From positions 15,917 through 79,916 of the forward strand of contig JBLNCF010000004.1 of NCBI GenBank assembly GCA_050260455.1: a stretch of DNA of 64,000 bases, written 5' to 3'. The position numbers were made by a program, and so were the translations under genes. Numbering within the stretch: position 1 is the stretch's first letter; every line of letters begins with the position of its first letter. This DNA is from Bacillota bacterium (GTDB taxonomy: Bacteria > Patescibacteriota > Minisyncoccia > Phycocordibacterales > Phycocordibacteraceae). Shown one piece after another: positions 39,101-47,465 of the stretch. The notes beneath the pieces are model-generated. The model had not been told where the DNA came from and searched no databases. It saw only the letters and a list, made by a program, of their open reading frames with translations.

Positions 39101-39273
39101 TTCTGGGCGACCTTATAGAACTCGACGGCGCCATGGAGATTGCCGGCGTCGGTAATGCCGAGCGCGGGCATTTCCGCTTTGGCTGCTGCCTTTACGAGCT
39201 CGGGAACTTTCGGCAGTGCCTCGAGGAAGGAATAGTGGCTGTGCGTATGGAGGTGTACGAATCGGCTCGCCAT
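36103..39273 (-). CDS. dnaE: DNA polymerase III alpha subunit
   Basis: 1056 aa. N-terminal PHP domain (HLHTHSHYSFLEA), polymerase core, C-terminal OB fold. Confidence 0.95.
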   Translation of the reverse strand: MASRFVHLHTHSHYSFLEALPKVPELVKAAAKAEMPALGITDAGNLHGAVEFYKVAQKAGIKPIIGVDAYIASRSRFDKAPGDESKRSRLVLLAEDNEGYRNLMILVTKAFTEGLFDKPRMDKELLREHKGGLIAIIPSFAGEVAQYLKAGDKAGAGASLSEFVSIFGKNNVFLEITHHPRVSGHEERMQEIIALAEESGVPLIAQHDVYYLSPDDREATAVMRRIGHDAHGSNEEEDFSFISEKDIRKWFKDHEDAVDRTVEIAERCNVTMELGSWNFPAIPTDPGKTHEDMLREKTYAGLETRKMELTDEVKERIEYELDVIISKGFAPYFLAVSDLLEFAKSVGILTTTRGSAAGSLVSYLTGITNVDPLFYKLPFERFLNPERPKAPDIDMDYADNRRDEMIAYAKRKYGEDHVAQIGTFGTMMARAAVRDVARALGHAYRTGDQIAKLIPMGSQGFPMTIERALELEPELKKLYDEDDDTRQIIDLAQRIEGCVRHTGVHAAGVVIAPTPLTDWTPLQIDPRTGKLITQYDMHAVEDAGLLKFDFLGIKNLAILADAIARVKETRDIDIDIENIPLDDTRTFEMLARGETEGTFQLNGSGMTRYLKELRPTTIHDINAMVALYRPGPMETIPQYIERKKNPRLIGYLDPRMAEYLDASYGLLVYQDDVLLTAIKLGGYSWLEADTLRKAMGKKIPEEMEAQKEKLMRGFKEFGKLSDQKAQALWKLIEPFAAYGFNKAHAACYGKVAYQTSYMKANFPVEYMAAVLTADSGDTDSIATFVAECERMKIPVLPPDVNESGTDFTVAGEAKDTIRFGLTTIKNFGEAISQAIIEERNARGPFQDLSDFLSRVRSKNLNRKSLECLIKSGALDSLAKDKGGRAHLLMHIETLLSFHRDATAESPQDSLFSAAHFAPPTLNLPASDRTDSLADKLAWEKELLGIYVSGHPLDSHGVMTDKASTTIAAIKEEPRPGIPVILPVLVQEVRTILTKSGEKMAFVKFEDRSSSIEGVIFPKLYKERGAAVASGTCVLVKATVSNRNGELSLAIENLKAL

Positions 39274-39340
39274 TCCCTACAGGATACCAAGTGAAGAAGC
39301 GCTGGCGCTAGCGGACAACGAACCTGGTATCCTATCTGCT

Positions 39341-39931
39341 ATGTATGTGGTCGGAGTCGATGAAGCAGGGAGAGGGCCGTTGGCGGGGCCGGTCGCGGTA
39401 GGAGTTATCCGCGTAGCGGACGGATTCGACTTTGAAGCGGCATTTCCGGGACTGAACGATTCCAAGAAGCTTACGGAAAAGAGGCGAGAGGAACTCTTTG
39501 TGAGGCTGCAGGAGGAAATTGCTTTGGGTACCGTGAGTGCGGTGGTGCATCTCTCGAGCGCTGCGAAGATAGATGCGTACGGTATCGTTCCTGCGGTTCG
39601 CGGAGCACTCTATAAAGGAGTGCGGAAGCTTCTTCCGGAACCGTCAGAAGGAAAGGTGTTTCTCGACGGTTCACTCTATGCCCCCCAAGAGTACGCACAA
39701 GAGACGGTCATCGGTGGCGATGGAAAAGTTCCAGCCATTATGCTCGCTTCTATCGCAGCGAAAGTGACACGCGATCGCTACATGAAGAAGCTTGCTCCGA
39801 AGTACCCGCAGTATCGATTTGAAGTACATAAAGGGTACGGCACCAAGCTTCACTACGAGCTTTTGCGTGAGCACGGACCGTGCGAGATTCATCGCACCAC
39901 GTTTCTGCATCTGGTTCCCGAGTCGGTATAG
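39341..39931 (+). CDS. rnhB: ribonuclease HII
   Basis: 196 aa. VGVDEAGRGPLAGPV active-site motif. Confidence 0.9.
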   Translation: MYVVGVDEAGRGPLAGPVAVGVIRVADGFDFEAAFPGLNDSKKLTEKRREELFVRLQEEIALGTVSAVVHLSSAAKIDAYGIVPAVRGALYKGVRKLLPEPSEGKVFLDGSLYAPQEYAQETVIGGDGKVPAIMLASIAAKVTRDRYMKKLAPKYPQYRFEVHKGYGTKLHYELLREHGPCEIHRTTFLHLVPESV

Positions 39932-40039
39932 AAATGAATTGAGGGCCACGCTATACGCGCAGCCCTCTTGGTTCATCGCGTCCGAGCGGTGCTCAAGGAC
40001 GCGTCGCGATGTTGTTCGCGAGAGTCCGAAGACTCAAAG

Positions 40040-40375
40040 AAGTTCGGGTTACTTGTACCCAGGTCGGCGTCGTCGTTTACTTTTCCGCTTCTGGGGTAAG
40101 TCCGAATATTTGAAGGGAGCTCCTTCCGTGCTGAAGATGGAAAGATCGGTGCGGTTTTGGCACCCATTCGCTGTGGTTCTCATCGCATTCCTTACTGTGA
40201 CTGAAGCGACGTGTACGAGCCCGAGGGCCCAGCGAAGCCGCCGCGACAAGGATTCATGGCCCTGGCGACGGCTCTATTCATGTTCCCGCATGGTGGCGTT
40301 TCTGCAAGGGAGGAGGGTGCACAGGAAAGCGGCGGATATAGACCGGAAACAAGGCTTGTGGTAAGGTACTCCCAC
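40040..40375 (+). ncRNA. rnpB: candidate RNase P RNA (approximate boundaries)
   Basis: About 440-nt gap between rnhB and rpmF with no credible ORF. Contains CGUCGUCGUUU, then 30 nt later GGGGUAAGUCCGAAU (compare E. coli P3 CGUCGUCGUCC ... GAGGAAAGUCCGGGC), AAGGGAGGAGGGUGCACAGGAAAGCGGC (compare J11/12 AAGGGUGAAAGGGUGCGGUAAGAGCGC) and 3' ACAAGGCUU (compare ACAGAAcCCGGCUUA). Not folded or covariance-tested. Confidence 0.3.
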
Positions 40376-40376
40376 T

Positions 40377-40733
40377 ATGTCAGTACGAATGCGCCATACC
40401 AGTTCGCATACTAAAAACCGCCGCAGCCATCATGCGCTCACCGGGACGAACGTCGTGACCGATAAGGAGTCGGGCGCGCTTCGCCTCCCGCACCGTCTTG
40501 ATGAGACGACCGGCATGTATCGCGGCAAGCAGATCGTGACCAAGAAGGAGGTCAAGAAGGCCGAGAAGAAGGAGAAGGCCAAGAAGGCACATGATCACGA
40601 GCATGCTGCTAACACCAACCCTGCTCCCGAGAAGCACATCGCGACCGAGGAGCGCGAAAAGAAGTCGGGACTCATGGGACGCATGAATCTCGGTAAGGCT
40701 AAGAGCCGCTCCGGATTCGGAGGCGGTGCGTAA
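40377..40733 (+). CDS. rpmF: 50S ribosomal protein L32 with Lys-rich C-terminal extension
   Basis: N-terminal [20 protein letters not shown] matches the L32 signature (KRR.SK.R...RRSHHAL). The next ~60 aa are a K/E-rich low-complexity tail. The start could be the second Met. Confidence 0.75.
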   Translation: MSVRMRHTSSHTKNRRSHHALTGTNVVTDKESGALRLPHRLDETTGMYRGKQIVTKKEVKKAEKKEKAKKAHDHEHAANTNPAPEKHIATEEREKKSGLMGRMNLGKAKSRSGFGGGA

Positions 40734-40738
40734 GAAAG

Positions 40739-40770
40739 AAGGACCCGCTTGGGTCCTTTTTCTTTTAGCT
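40739..40770 (+). terminator. intrinsic terminator after rpmF
   Basis: aaggaccc-gctt-gggtcctt followed by tttcttttag. Confidence 0.85.
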
Positions 40771-40815
40771 ACATGGGATATTCACATCACGCGCTTTACG
40801 CTTCGTGTGTATTTC

Positions 40816-40844
40816 TTGTCACGTAGGGTATCCTTACCTATACA
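40816..40844 (+). promoter_or_regulatory. candidate promoter (TTGTCA-N17-TATACA) about 12 nt upstream of the nusB-nudix ATG
   Basis: cttgtcacgtagggtatccttacctatacagctctttcatttATG. Implies a 5-7-nt leader. Confidence 0.45.
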
Positions 40845-40856
40845 GCTCTTTCATTT

Positions 40857-41753
40857 ATGGCCAACCGGCATCTAGCACGTTCCGTAGTCCTGCAGACACT
40901 TTTCGAGTGGGACACCACTCACGCAGATGATGCGGCAGCAACCGACATGTTGTTGCGCAACGTCGAGGAGTTTGGAGGAGATGATACCGACCGGCCATTC
41001 ATGGAAGCTCTCCTCGCCGGCGTACTCGCCAAGCACAACGATCTCGATCTCATTATCGAGAAAGCAGCACCTGACTGGCCTATTGATAAGATCGCACCCG
41101 TGGACCGCAACATCCTACGTATCGGTCTCTACGAACTCTTGTTCGCTGACCGTGCACAGGTTCCCGCAAAGGTGGCTATTAACGAAGCCATCGAGCTCGC
41201 CAAAGTATTTGGTGGCGATTCTTCCGGTCGTTTCGTGAACGGCGTTCTGGGTGCCGTCTACAAGGAACTCGGTGAGCCGGGCAAGGACGAAGTAGGAAAG
41301 AAGGAACGTGTGCGCCGTGAGGACCTTCCCCTCGAAAAGCTCGGGGGAGCTATCGTGTATGCGCACCACGAGGGCCAGATCTATCTCGCCCTTGTGCATG
41401 ACATATTCGGCAGGTGGACTCTTTCTAAGGGTCACATCGAGAATGATCCTTCTCCCGCAGAAGGCGTGGTTCGTGTCGTAGGCGAGGAACTGGGTCTTAT
41501 GGAGGTGAAAGTGGAGGAGCAGGTGGGTGAGAACGAATATGTGGCCTCACACCCCGAGAAGGGAAAGATCAGAAAGCACGTGTATTTCTTCCTCGTGTCC
41601 TCGCCGTTCGAGCAGCTCACGCTCAAAAAGAGTGGTGGCCTTGATGATGCTAAATGGTTCCGTCTCCCCGACATTCTCGACCTCAATTTCTATGACGACA
41701 TGCTGCCCATCGTGACGGCGGCCGTCCAGAAGCTCCTTGGTCGGTCGAAATAG
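40857..41753 (+). CDS. nusB: NusB-like antitermination domain fused to Nudix hydrolase domain
   Basis: 298 aa. N-terminal RSVVLQTLFEWD...RNILRIGLYELLF is NusB-like. The C-terminal half carries a Nudix box, GHIENDPSPAEGVVRVVGEELGL (Gx5Ex7REVxEExGx). Confidence 0.75.
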   Translation: MANRHLARSVVLQTLFEWDTTHADDAAATDMLLRNVEEFGGDDTDRPFMEALLAGVLAKHNDLDLIIEKAAPDWPIDKIAPVDRNILRIGLYELLFADRAQVPAKVAINEAIELAKVFGGDSSGRFVNGVLGAVYKELGEPGKDEVGKKERVRREDLPLEKLGGAIVYAHHEGQIYLALVHDIFGRWTLSKGHIENDPSPAEGVVRVVGEELGLMEVKVEEQVGENEYVASHPEKGKIRKHVYFFLVSSPFEQLTLKKSGGLDDAKWFRLPDILDLNFYDDMLPIVTAAVQKLLGRSK

Positions 41754-41785
41754 CATTTTCCACAAAGTGCGCTAGGCTACGCACC

Positions 41786-42472
41786 ATGACTGACATGCAT
41801 GCGAATGCGGAGCGCCTTGGCGTCTCCTTCCGGAACCTCGATCTTCTGACCGAGGCGCTGACGCATCGTTCATATTTGAACGAACACAAGACGGTGGGGA
41901 ACCACAATGAACGTCTCGAATTCCTCGGTGATGCGGTACTGGAGCTCGCCACCACACACTTCCTCTTCAACCGTTTTCCGGAGAAGCCGGAAGGCGACCT
42001 TACGGCCTACCGTGCAGCGCTTGTGAACACCATCTCACTCGCCGAGAGCGCAAAGGTCATCGGCCTCAACGACATGCTTTTGCTCTCGCGAGGTGAAGCC
42101 AAGGATACGGGTCGTGCACGCGACATTATCCTTGCCAATGCGTTTGAAGCCGTCCTTGGTGCTATTTATCTCGATCAAGGGTATGCCGCTGCGGAAGAAT
42201 TCGTTGCCCGCACGCTCTACCCGAAGATTGACGCCATTATTGAAAACCGCGCATACCAGGATGCGAAGTCACGTTTCCAAGAAGCCGCACAGGAAAAGAA
42301 GAGTATTACCCCTTCGTACAAAACCTTAAGCGAGGAAGGACCTGATCACGACAAACGCTTTACCGTGGGTGTGTATTTGCACAGTGAGGAGATTGCGCGT
42401 GGCGTAGGGAAGTCCAAGCAGGAAGCCGAGCAGGCTGCCGCGCACGAAGCACTCCAGAAAAACGGCTGGTAG
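41786..42472 (+). CDS. rnc: ribonuclease III
   Basis: 228 aa. ERLEFLGDAVLEL RNase III signature plus C-terminal dsRBD. Confidence 0.95.
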   Translation: MTDMHANAERLGVSFRNLDLLTEALTHRSYLNEHKTVGNHNERLEFLGDAVLELATTHFLFNRFPEKPEGDLTAYRAALVNTISLAESAKVIGLNDMLLLSRGEAKDTGRARDIILANAFEAVLGAIYLDQGYAAAEEFVARTLYPKIDAIIENRAYQDAKSRFQEAAQEKKSITPSYKTLSEEGPDHDKRFTVGVYLHSEEIARGVGKSKQEAEQAAAHEALQKNGW

Positions 42473-42512
42473 GCGAAAAGGCCGCAGCGAGGCCGCGACC
42501 TTTCGGTGGAGA

Positions 42513-43127
42513 TCAGCGTTGCCGCGAATCTACCACATCCCATACAAGCTCACCTTTATCGTTTTCGCGACGTTCGATCTTGAGCGTCGTTCCCGAGGTG
42601 GCGAGTTGTGGCCGCGTCTCCTGAATGATCTTTGCGGTCGTGAGCTTTTTTGCCTTCTCCTCGTTGGCTTCATCGCGGAGTGCACTGCGGTTCGGTTCCT
42701 GTTTCTCACGGATGAACTCGCTTGCCAGGTCCAAACGCCGGACTTCTTCGAAGAATTTGTCCTCGTCAGGAATATCCGTGTACCGCACGTTTTGCCATAC
42801 GAAGGTGCCGTCGGGGAATCCCACTGATTTGCGTTTTGCGCGGTTCGTGAGATCGAAACGATGTTCCTCAATGTACTCATATGCATGTGGCATGATGCGA
42901 CGGATGAGATCGACGCGGTCGTCTCGTTCTTTCGTCGTCGCGCTTTTGAGGTCGTCTATCTTCTGCTGCCAGTAGGCGATGCGTGCATCGCGTCTGGCTT
43001 CAATGCGTTGGATGTGCCGCAGAGCAGTGATTGCTCGAGAAACAAGCGTATGCAGTTCTCGAATGTTCTTAGGGGTGCGTATTGGCCGGGTCCGTTGGGA
43101 TCCGGTCGATGATTCAGTCGCGGTCAT
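42513..43127 (-). CDS. hypothetical protein, possibly Mu Gam-like (host-nuclease inhibitor family)
   Basis: 204 aa. N-terminal helical region (RIAYWQQKIDDLK...), central VGFPDGTFVWQNVRYTDIP resembling the Gam SAAFAAGEVSWRAKPPSVRI segment, charged C-terminus. Similarity judged by eye only. Confidence 0.35.
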   Translation of the reverse strand: MTATESSTGSQRTRPIRTPKNIRELHTLVSRAITALRHIQRIEARRDARIAYWQQKIDDLKSATTKERDDRVDLIRRIMPHAYEYIEEHRFDLTNRAKRKSVGFPDGTFVWQNVRYTDIPDEDKFFEEVRRLDLASEFIREKQEPNRSALRDEANEEKAKKLTTAKIIQETRPQLATSGTTLKIERRENDKGELVWDVVDSRQR

Positions 43128-43219
43128 CGCGAATCTCCTTCATGGTTCGAGTCCGGTATCAGGGTGCCCGAGCGTAGATTAAGCCTGGCTGAAGGTTTTC
43201 GTACGGTATAATTTCCACC

Positions 43220-45436
43220 ATGCTTAAACGGCTGGAGATAGTCGGTTTCAAATCATTCGCCCGTAAGACGGTGCTCGATTTCTCGAGCGCAACGACGGCC
43301 ATCGTTGGCCCCAACGGATCAGGCAAATCAAACGTTGCCGAAGCGTTCCGATTTGCACTCGGCGAACAGTCCATGAAGTCCATGCGTGGAAAGCGCAGCG
43401 AGGACCTTATCTGGTCGGGCTCGCACGCGACGCCGCGCAGTAATCGTGCTTCGGTCGCCATTGTCTTCGATAACAAAAGACGCATCTTTCCACGGCTCGA
43501 TTTTGATGAGGTAACCATCGAGCGTTCCGTCTTCCGCGATGGATCTTCCGAGTACGGAATCAACGGTTCGAAGGTTCGTCTGCGGGACGTGCATGAGCTT
43601 CTTGCTTCTGCGAACATCGGCGAGACCGGACACCACATCATTTCGCAGGGAGAAGCCGACCGTATCTTGCTCGCGCATCCGCGCGAGCGTCGTGCGATGC
43701 TCGAGGACGCACTCGGCTTGAAAGTATTCGAATTCAAGAAGCAGGAGGCCGAGCGTAAGCTTGAGCGCACCCAAGAGAACGTGCGCGAGGTTGAGGCGCT
43801 TCGTCGTGAGATCGCGCCGCATATTCGGTTCCTTCAGAAACAAGTGGAGAAGCTTGAGCGTGCCGAAGAACTTATGCGGGAACTCGCAGCGCTCGCTCGT
43901 ACCTACTTTGCGGTAGAAGACCGGTACATTGCTACCGAGCGCGAGGCAGCCAGCACGCGTAAACAGGGAGCGGCAGAACGGCTTGCCACCGTCGCAAGCG
44001 AACTCGCAGCGTTCGATGAGCGCGCTACTACCGATGCCGAAGGCATGAAGCGTGCAGAGTCCATACGTCAGGCCGAACGAGAAGTGGACCGTCTGTCGGG
44101 AGAACGAAGCTCGCTCGCACGTGACATCGGTCGCGTCGAAGGGAGTCTTCAGGAAGCCAAGAAACGGAGTGCTGCAGTGGCGCGGGAGCCGTATGTGAAG
44201 GTCACTCGCGAAGACCTCTCGCTCTTGCGGGAGGAGGTCGAGAAGCAGGCATCCGTAGGGGAGAACGCAGACCCGAATGTTATTCGTGCGGCGCTCTCTT
44301 CGCTCCGTACCGCTGTAGCCGCCTTTTTCGATCGATACGCAGCACCGAACGATGACTACTTGGCAGAGGAAGAGAATACGGTATACGAACTCGAGAATGA
44401 ACGGGCTAAGCTCCTTGCGCGCGATACAGAGCTAGAAGGTGCTATCGAGAAGGCGCGCAGTGCGCTCATGAAGGCACGCGAGGACGCCCTTGCGTACGAA
44501 GAGACGGGAAGGGAAGAGAAGCGCCGTATTCTTGGTCTCGCCGAGACCAAGGCTCGTGAAGAGGGTGCGGTGGCACGCGAGGACGCACGTCTACGGGAAC
44601 TCCAGATGCTTTCTGACGAGCTTGAACGCGATCGGCGCGAAGTGCTCGCGCTTGCCGGTCCTTCGGCGTTCTCGCACACGGAAGCGGAACTCCCGCAGGA
44701 AGATCGGCATGCACAGGAAGAGCGCAAGCGTCAGCTTGAACGCTTAAAGATTCGCGTTGAAGAGGCAGGAGGTACGGGCGAGGATGTGCGGAAGGAATAC
44801 CAGGAAGCGACCGACCGGGAACAGTTCCTCATGCACGAGCTCGAGGACCTCGCCAAATCTGCTGCAGGTCTTGCTGCACTTATCCAGGATCTCGATCAGG
44901 AGCTCACCACGACGTTTGCTGATGGTCTCGCAAAGGTGAACCATTCGTTTACCGAATACTTCAGTATCATGTTCGGCGGCGGCGGCGCGAAGCTCGTGCT
45001 TGAAGAGCTCGATGCACAGGATGAAGAAGACGAAGAATCCTACGAGGAAGAAGAGGGAACTAAAAAGAAAAAGCAGGGTAAGCCAGGCATTGAAATCTCT
45101 GTGAGCCTGCCGAAGAAACGTGTGCAATCCTTGATGCAGCTTTCGGGAGGCGAGCGAGCGCTCACCTCCATCGCGCTTATCTTCGCTATGAGTCAGGTGA
45201 ACCCGCCCCCGTTCCTTATTCTTGACGAGACCGATGCGGCGCTCGACGAAGCGAACTCTCGCCGCTACGGTGACATGATTGAGGAGCTTGCCAAACGTTC
45301 CCAGCTCATCGTCATCACCCACAACCGCGAGACCATGAGCCGCGCCGGCATCCTCTATGGCGTCACGATGGGTGCGGATGGCGTCTCCAAACTTCTTTCG
45401 GTGAAGTTTGAAGAAGCGGCTTCAGTTGCGAAATAG
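43220..45436 (+). CDS. smc: SMC-family ATPase, hinge-less short form (mini-SMC) in the conserved rnc-smc position
   Basis: 738 aa. Walker A GPNGSGKSN, signature LSGGERALTSIAL, Walker B/D-loop LILDETDAALD. About 430 aa of continuous coiled coil between the heads with no globular hinge. Confidence 0.8.
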   Translation: MLKRLEIVGFKSFARKTVLDFSSATTAIVGPNGSGKSNVAEAFRFALGEQSMKSMRGKRSEDLIWSGSHATPRSNRASVAIVFDNKRRIFPRLDFDEVTIERSVFRDGSSEYGINGSKVRLRDVHELLASANIGETGHHIISQGEADRILLAHPRERRAMLEDALGLKVFEFKKQEAERKLERTQENVREVEALRREIAPHIRFLQKQVEKLERAEELMRELAALARTYFAVEDRYIATEREAASTRKQGAAERLATVASELAAFDERATTDAEGMKRAESIRQAEREVDRLSGERSSLARDIGRVEGSLQEAKKRSAAVAREPYVKVTREDLSLLREEVEKQASVGENADPNVIRAALSSLRTAVAAFFDRYAAPNDDYLAEEENTVYELENERAKLLARDTELEGAIEKARSALMKAREDALAYEETGREEKRRILGLAETKAREEGAVAREDARLRELQMLSDELERDRREVLALAGPSAFSHTEAELPQEDRHAQEERKRQLERLKIRVEEAGGTGEDVRKEYQEATDREQFLMHELEDLAKSAAGLAALIQDLDQELTTTFADGLAKVNHSFTEYFSIMFGGGGAKLVLEELDAQDEEDEESYEEEEGTKKKKQGKPGIEISVSLPKKRVQSLMQLSGGERALTSIALIFAMSQVNPPPFLILDETDAALDEANSRRYGDMIEELAKRSQLIVITHNRETMSRAGILYGVTMGADGVSKLLSVKFEEAASVAK

Positions 45437-45496
45437 CAACCTATTGTCTCGCTGACAGGTTTCCGGTATACAGAGTCGAGTCAGGAGGAGGCACGC

Positions 45497-45736
45497 ATGT
45501 CGGAGAAAGCTCCCGAGCAAGCGAACGGACCGAACGTCGAGGCCATGAGCCCAGAAGAGGAAGAGGCGTTCGTTGAGCTCGAACGGCTGCGCGCGATACG
45601 TGAACGTGGACAGGACTCCGCCGAGCCCCACCATGTACCTCTCACCGGGGAGCCACCACCATTGGCTCCCATTGAGTACCCGTTCGGAGAAGATTCGACG
45701 CGCAAGACCATTAAGAGTTCCGATTACTCTTTTTGA
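45497..45736 (+). CDS. small acidic hypothetical protein
   Basis: 79 aa. SD-like GGAGGAGG upstream and a strong terminator downstream. No motif recognised. Confidence 0.35.
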   Translation: MSEKAPEQANGPNVEAMSPEEEEAFVELERLRAIRERGQDSAEPHHVPLTGEPPPLAPIEYPFGEDSTRKTIKSSDYSF

Positions 45737-45756
45737 TGGAGCGCGTCCAATCGTTT

Positions 45757-45795
45757 CCACCCGCAGTCGAGAGGCTGCGGGTGGTTTTGTTTCTA
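45757..45795 (+). terminator. intrinsic terminator after the small acidic ORF
   Basis: ccacccgcag-tcgagagg-ctgcgggtgg then ttttgtttct. A second hairpin lies at about 45826-45853 (gaagaccct-acgaatccgg-agggtcttc). Confidence 0.8.
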
Positions 45796-46182
45796 TAAAG
45801 GTTATCTGCCACTTAAGTAGTTGAAGACCCTACGAATCCGGAGGGTCTTCATTCGGCAGCCACGCGATAGAGCGGGCAGCACGGAGCTTGGTGCAGATAG
45901 TGGTTCTCGAGCCGCGAGCCGTATTTCGGATGAGTGATCACGTACACCTGAAGGCGATACTCTTCGCCGGTATGAATAGGGTGTTCACAGTGAGAGCATA
46001 TTTTCTTTCCTCTGTGAGCGGTGTGGGTGCGCGACCAGGATGCGATGAACCTGGTCGTGGTATTCGATCCAATGAACATCGGCTATCCTCCTGGAGGGAG
46101 TATACCCCGGTCACGATTTATCCCCATGGACGCTTCAGATGAGGGGCGTAGACTACGGGTCTATACCCCTAACCACGCGCAC

Positions 46183-47400
46183 ATGGCCGCATTCCAGTAC
46201 TTCAAGCAACATGTAGATAAAGCCGCGAATCTTCTCGGGCTTTCGGAGGAGGAGCGCGCAAGACTTGAGACACCAGACCGCGTCCTCAAGGCGAATCTCT
46301 CGGTAAGACTTGACGACGGTTCGACGGCGACGTTCCCGGCATATCGCGTCCAGTTCAACAAGGCGCGCGGTCCATACAAGGGTGGCATCCGTTTCCATCC
46401 GGAAGCGGATGAGGATGAGGTGTCTGCGCTTGCGGCGATGATGGCTATTAAGTGCGCGGTAGTCGACATTCCGTTTGGTGGCGCGAAGGGTGGTGTGTCA
46501 TTTGATCCGAAGAAACACTCGTTGAATGAAATCCATGAAGTAGCACGCGCCTATGTACGCACGTTCGCAGAACATTTAGGTCCAGACCAGGATGTGCCGG
46601 CGCCGGACGTGTATACCAACGCCGACATCATGGCCGTCATGCTCGACGAGTACGAGAAGATAACAGGGAAGTCATCGCCTGCGTTCATTACCGGTAAGCC
46701 ACTCGACAAGGGAGGTAGTCAGGGACGCGACACTGCGACCGCTGATGGTGCGATATTCGTTCTGGAATCGCTTTTGTCAGATCAGCATCGCGGAGCCGAA
46801 GGTCTTACCGCTGCGGTGCAGGGTGCAGGGAATGCGGGGGCGCAAGCAACACACCTGCTCTCTGGACTTGGCATGAGGATCGTCGCGCTCGCCGACTCGC
46901 GCGGCACGCTCGTGAATGCACGCGGACTTGATGTTGGTCGCATCCTTAGGGAAAAGGAAGAAGGCATCCACATTGTCGACTCCGATGCAGAAGGCGAGAA
47001 GAAGAACGCACCGGATGTAATCACCGAACCGTGCGATATTCTCGTACCGGCTGCGCTTGAAGAGCAGATCACGAGTGAGAATGTGCATGCCGTGAAAGCC
47101 GACATCGTGCTTGAGATAGCCAACGGCCCAACGACTCCCGATGCGGATGATGTGCTCGCCGAGGCGGGTGTTGCGGTGGTACCAGATGTCCTTGCGAATG
47201 CTGGTGGCGTAACGGTGTCGTATTTCGAGTGGCTCCAGAACAAGAGCGGGGAATCCTGGTCGCATGATGAGGTGCGCGATCGGCTCAAGGAGACTATGCG
47301 AGATGCGTATCGTGACGTTGCGGATTTCGCGCTCGATCGGAACGTCACCCTGCGCGAAGCCGCGTACGCACTCGCTGTCCAGCGCATCCTGGAGGCATAA
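46183..47400 (+). CDS. gdhA: glutamate dehydrogenase (short, about 405-aa family)
   Basis: KGGIRFHPE...IPFGGAKGG Glu/Leu/Phe/Val dehydrogenase signature, C-terminal NAD(P) Rossmann (GAGNAG). Start set at MAAFQYF by alignment to short GDHs. The track ORF begins upstream at 46021. Confidence 0.85.
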   Translation: MAAFQYFKQHVDKAANLLGLSEEERARLETPDRVLKANLSVRLDDGSTATFPAYRVQFNKARGPYKGGIRFHPEADEDEVSALAAMMAIKCAVVDIPFGGAKGGVSFDPKKHSLNEIHEVARAYVRTFAEHLGPDQDVPAPDVYTNADIMAVMLDEYEKITGKSSPAFITGKPLDKGGSQGRDTATADGAIFVLESLLSDQHRGAEGLTAAVQGAGNAGAQATHLLSGLGMRIVALADSRGTLVNARGLDVGRILREKEEGIHIVDSDAEGEKKNAPDVITEPCDILVPAALEEQITSENVHAVKADIVLEIANGPTTPDADDVLAEAGVAVVPDVLANAGGVTVSYFEWLQNKSGESWSHDEVRDRLKETMRDAYRDVADFALDRNVTLREAAYALAVQRILEA

Positions 47401-47402
47401 CG

Positions 47403-47432
47403 AAAACGCCGCTGCAGTGAGCGGCGTTGCCG
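47403..47432. terminator. convergent terminator between gdh and the minus-strand hypothetical gene
   Basis: aacgccgc-tgcagtga-gcggcgtt. The U-tract is better on the minus strand (cgaaaa on +). Confidence 0.6.
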
Positions 47433-47465
47433 TAATCAAGTACGGTCGATCGACATATTGAACGA

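Noticed and set aside
39792-40364. 190-aa + strand ORF in the rnhB-rpmF gap
   Set aside because: Arg/Ser-rich with no motif. Overlaps the region whose primary sequence resembles RNase P RNA, so I favour a non-coding interpretation.
45849-46079. 76-aa minus-strand ORF with CxxC...CC (MFIGSNTTTRF...KICSHCEHPIH...)
   Set aside because: Lies antisense in the gdh promoter/5' region and overlaps the track's over-extended gdh ORF. No SD and no recognisable zinc-ribbon spacing, so I could not support it as a gene.
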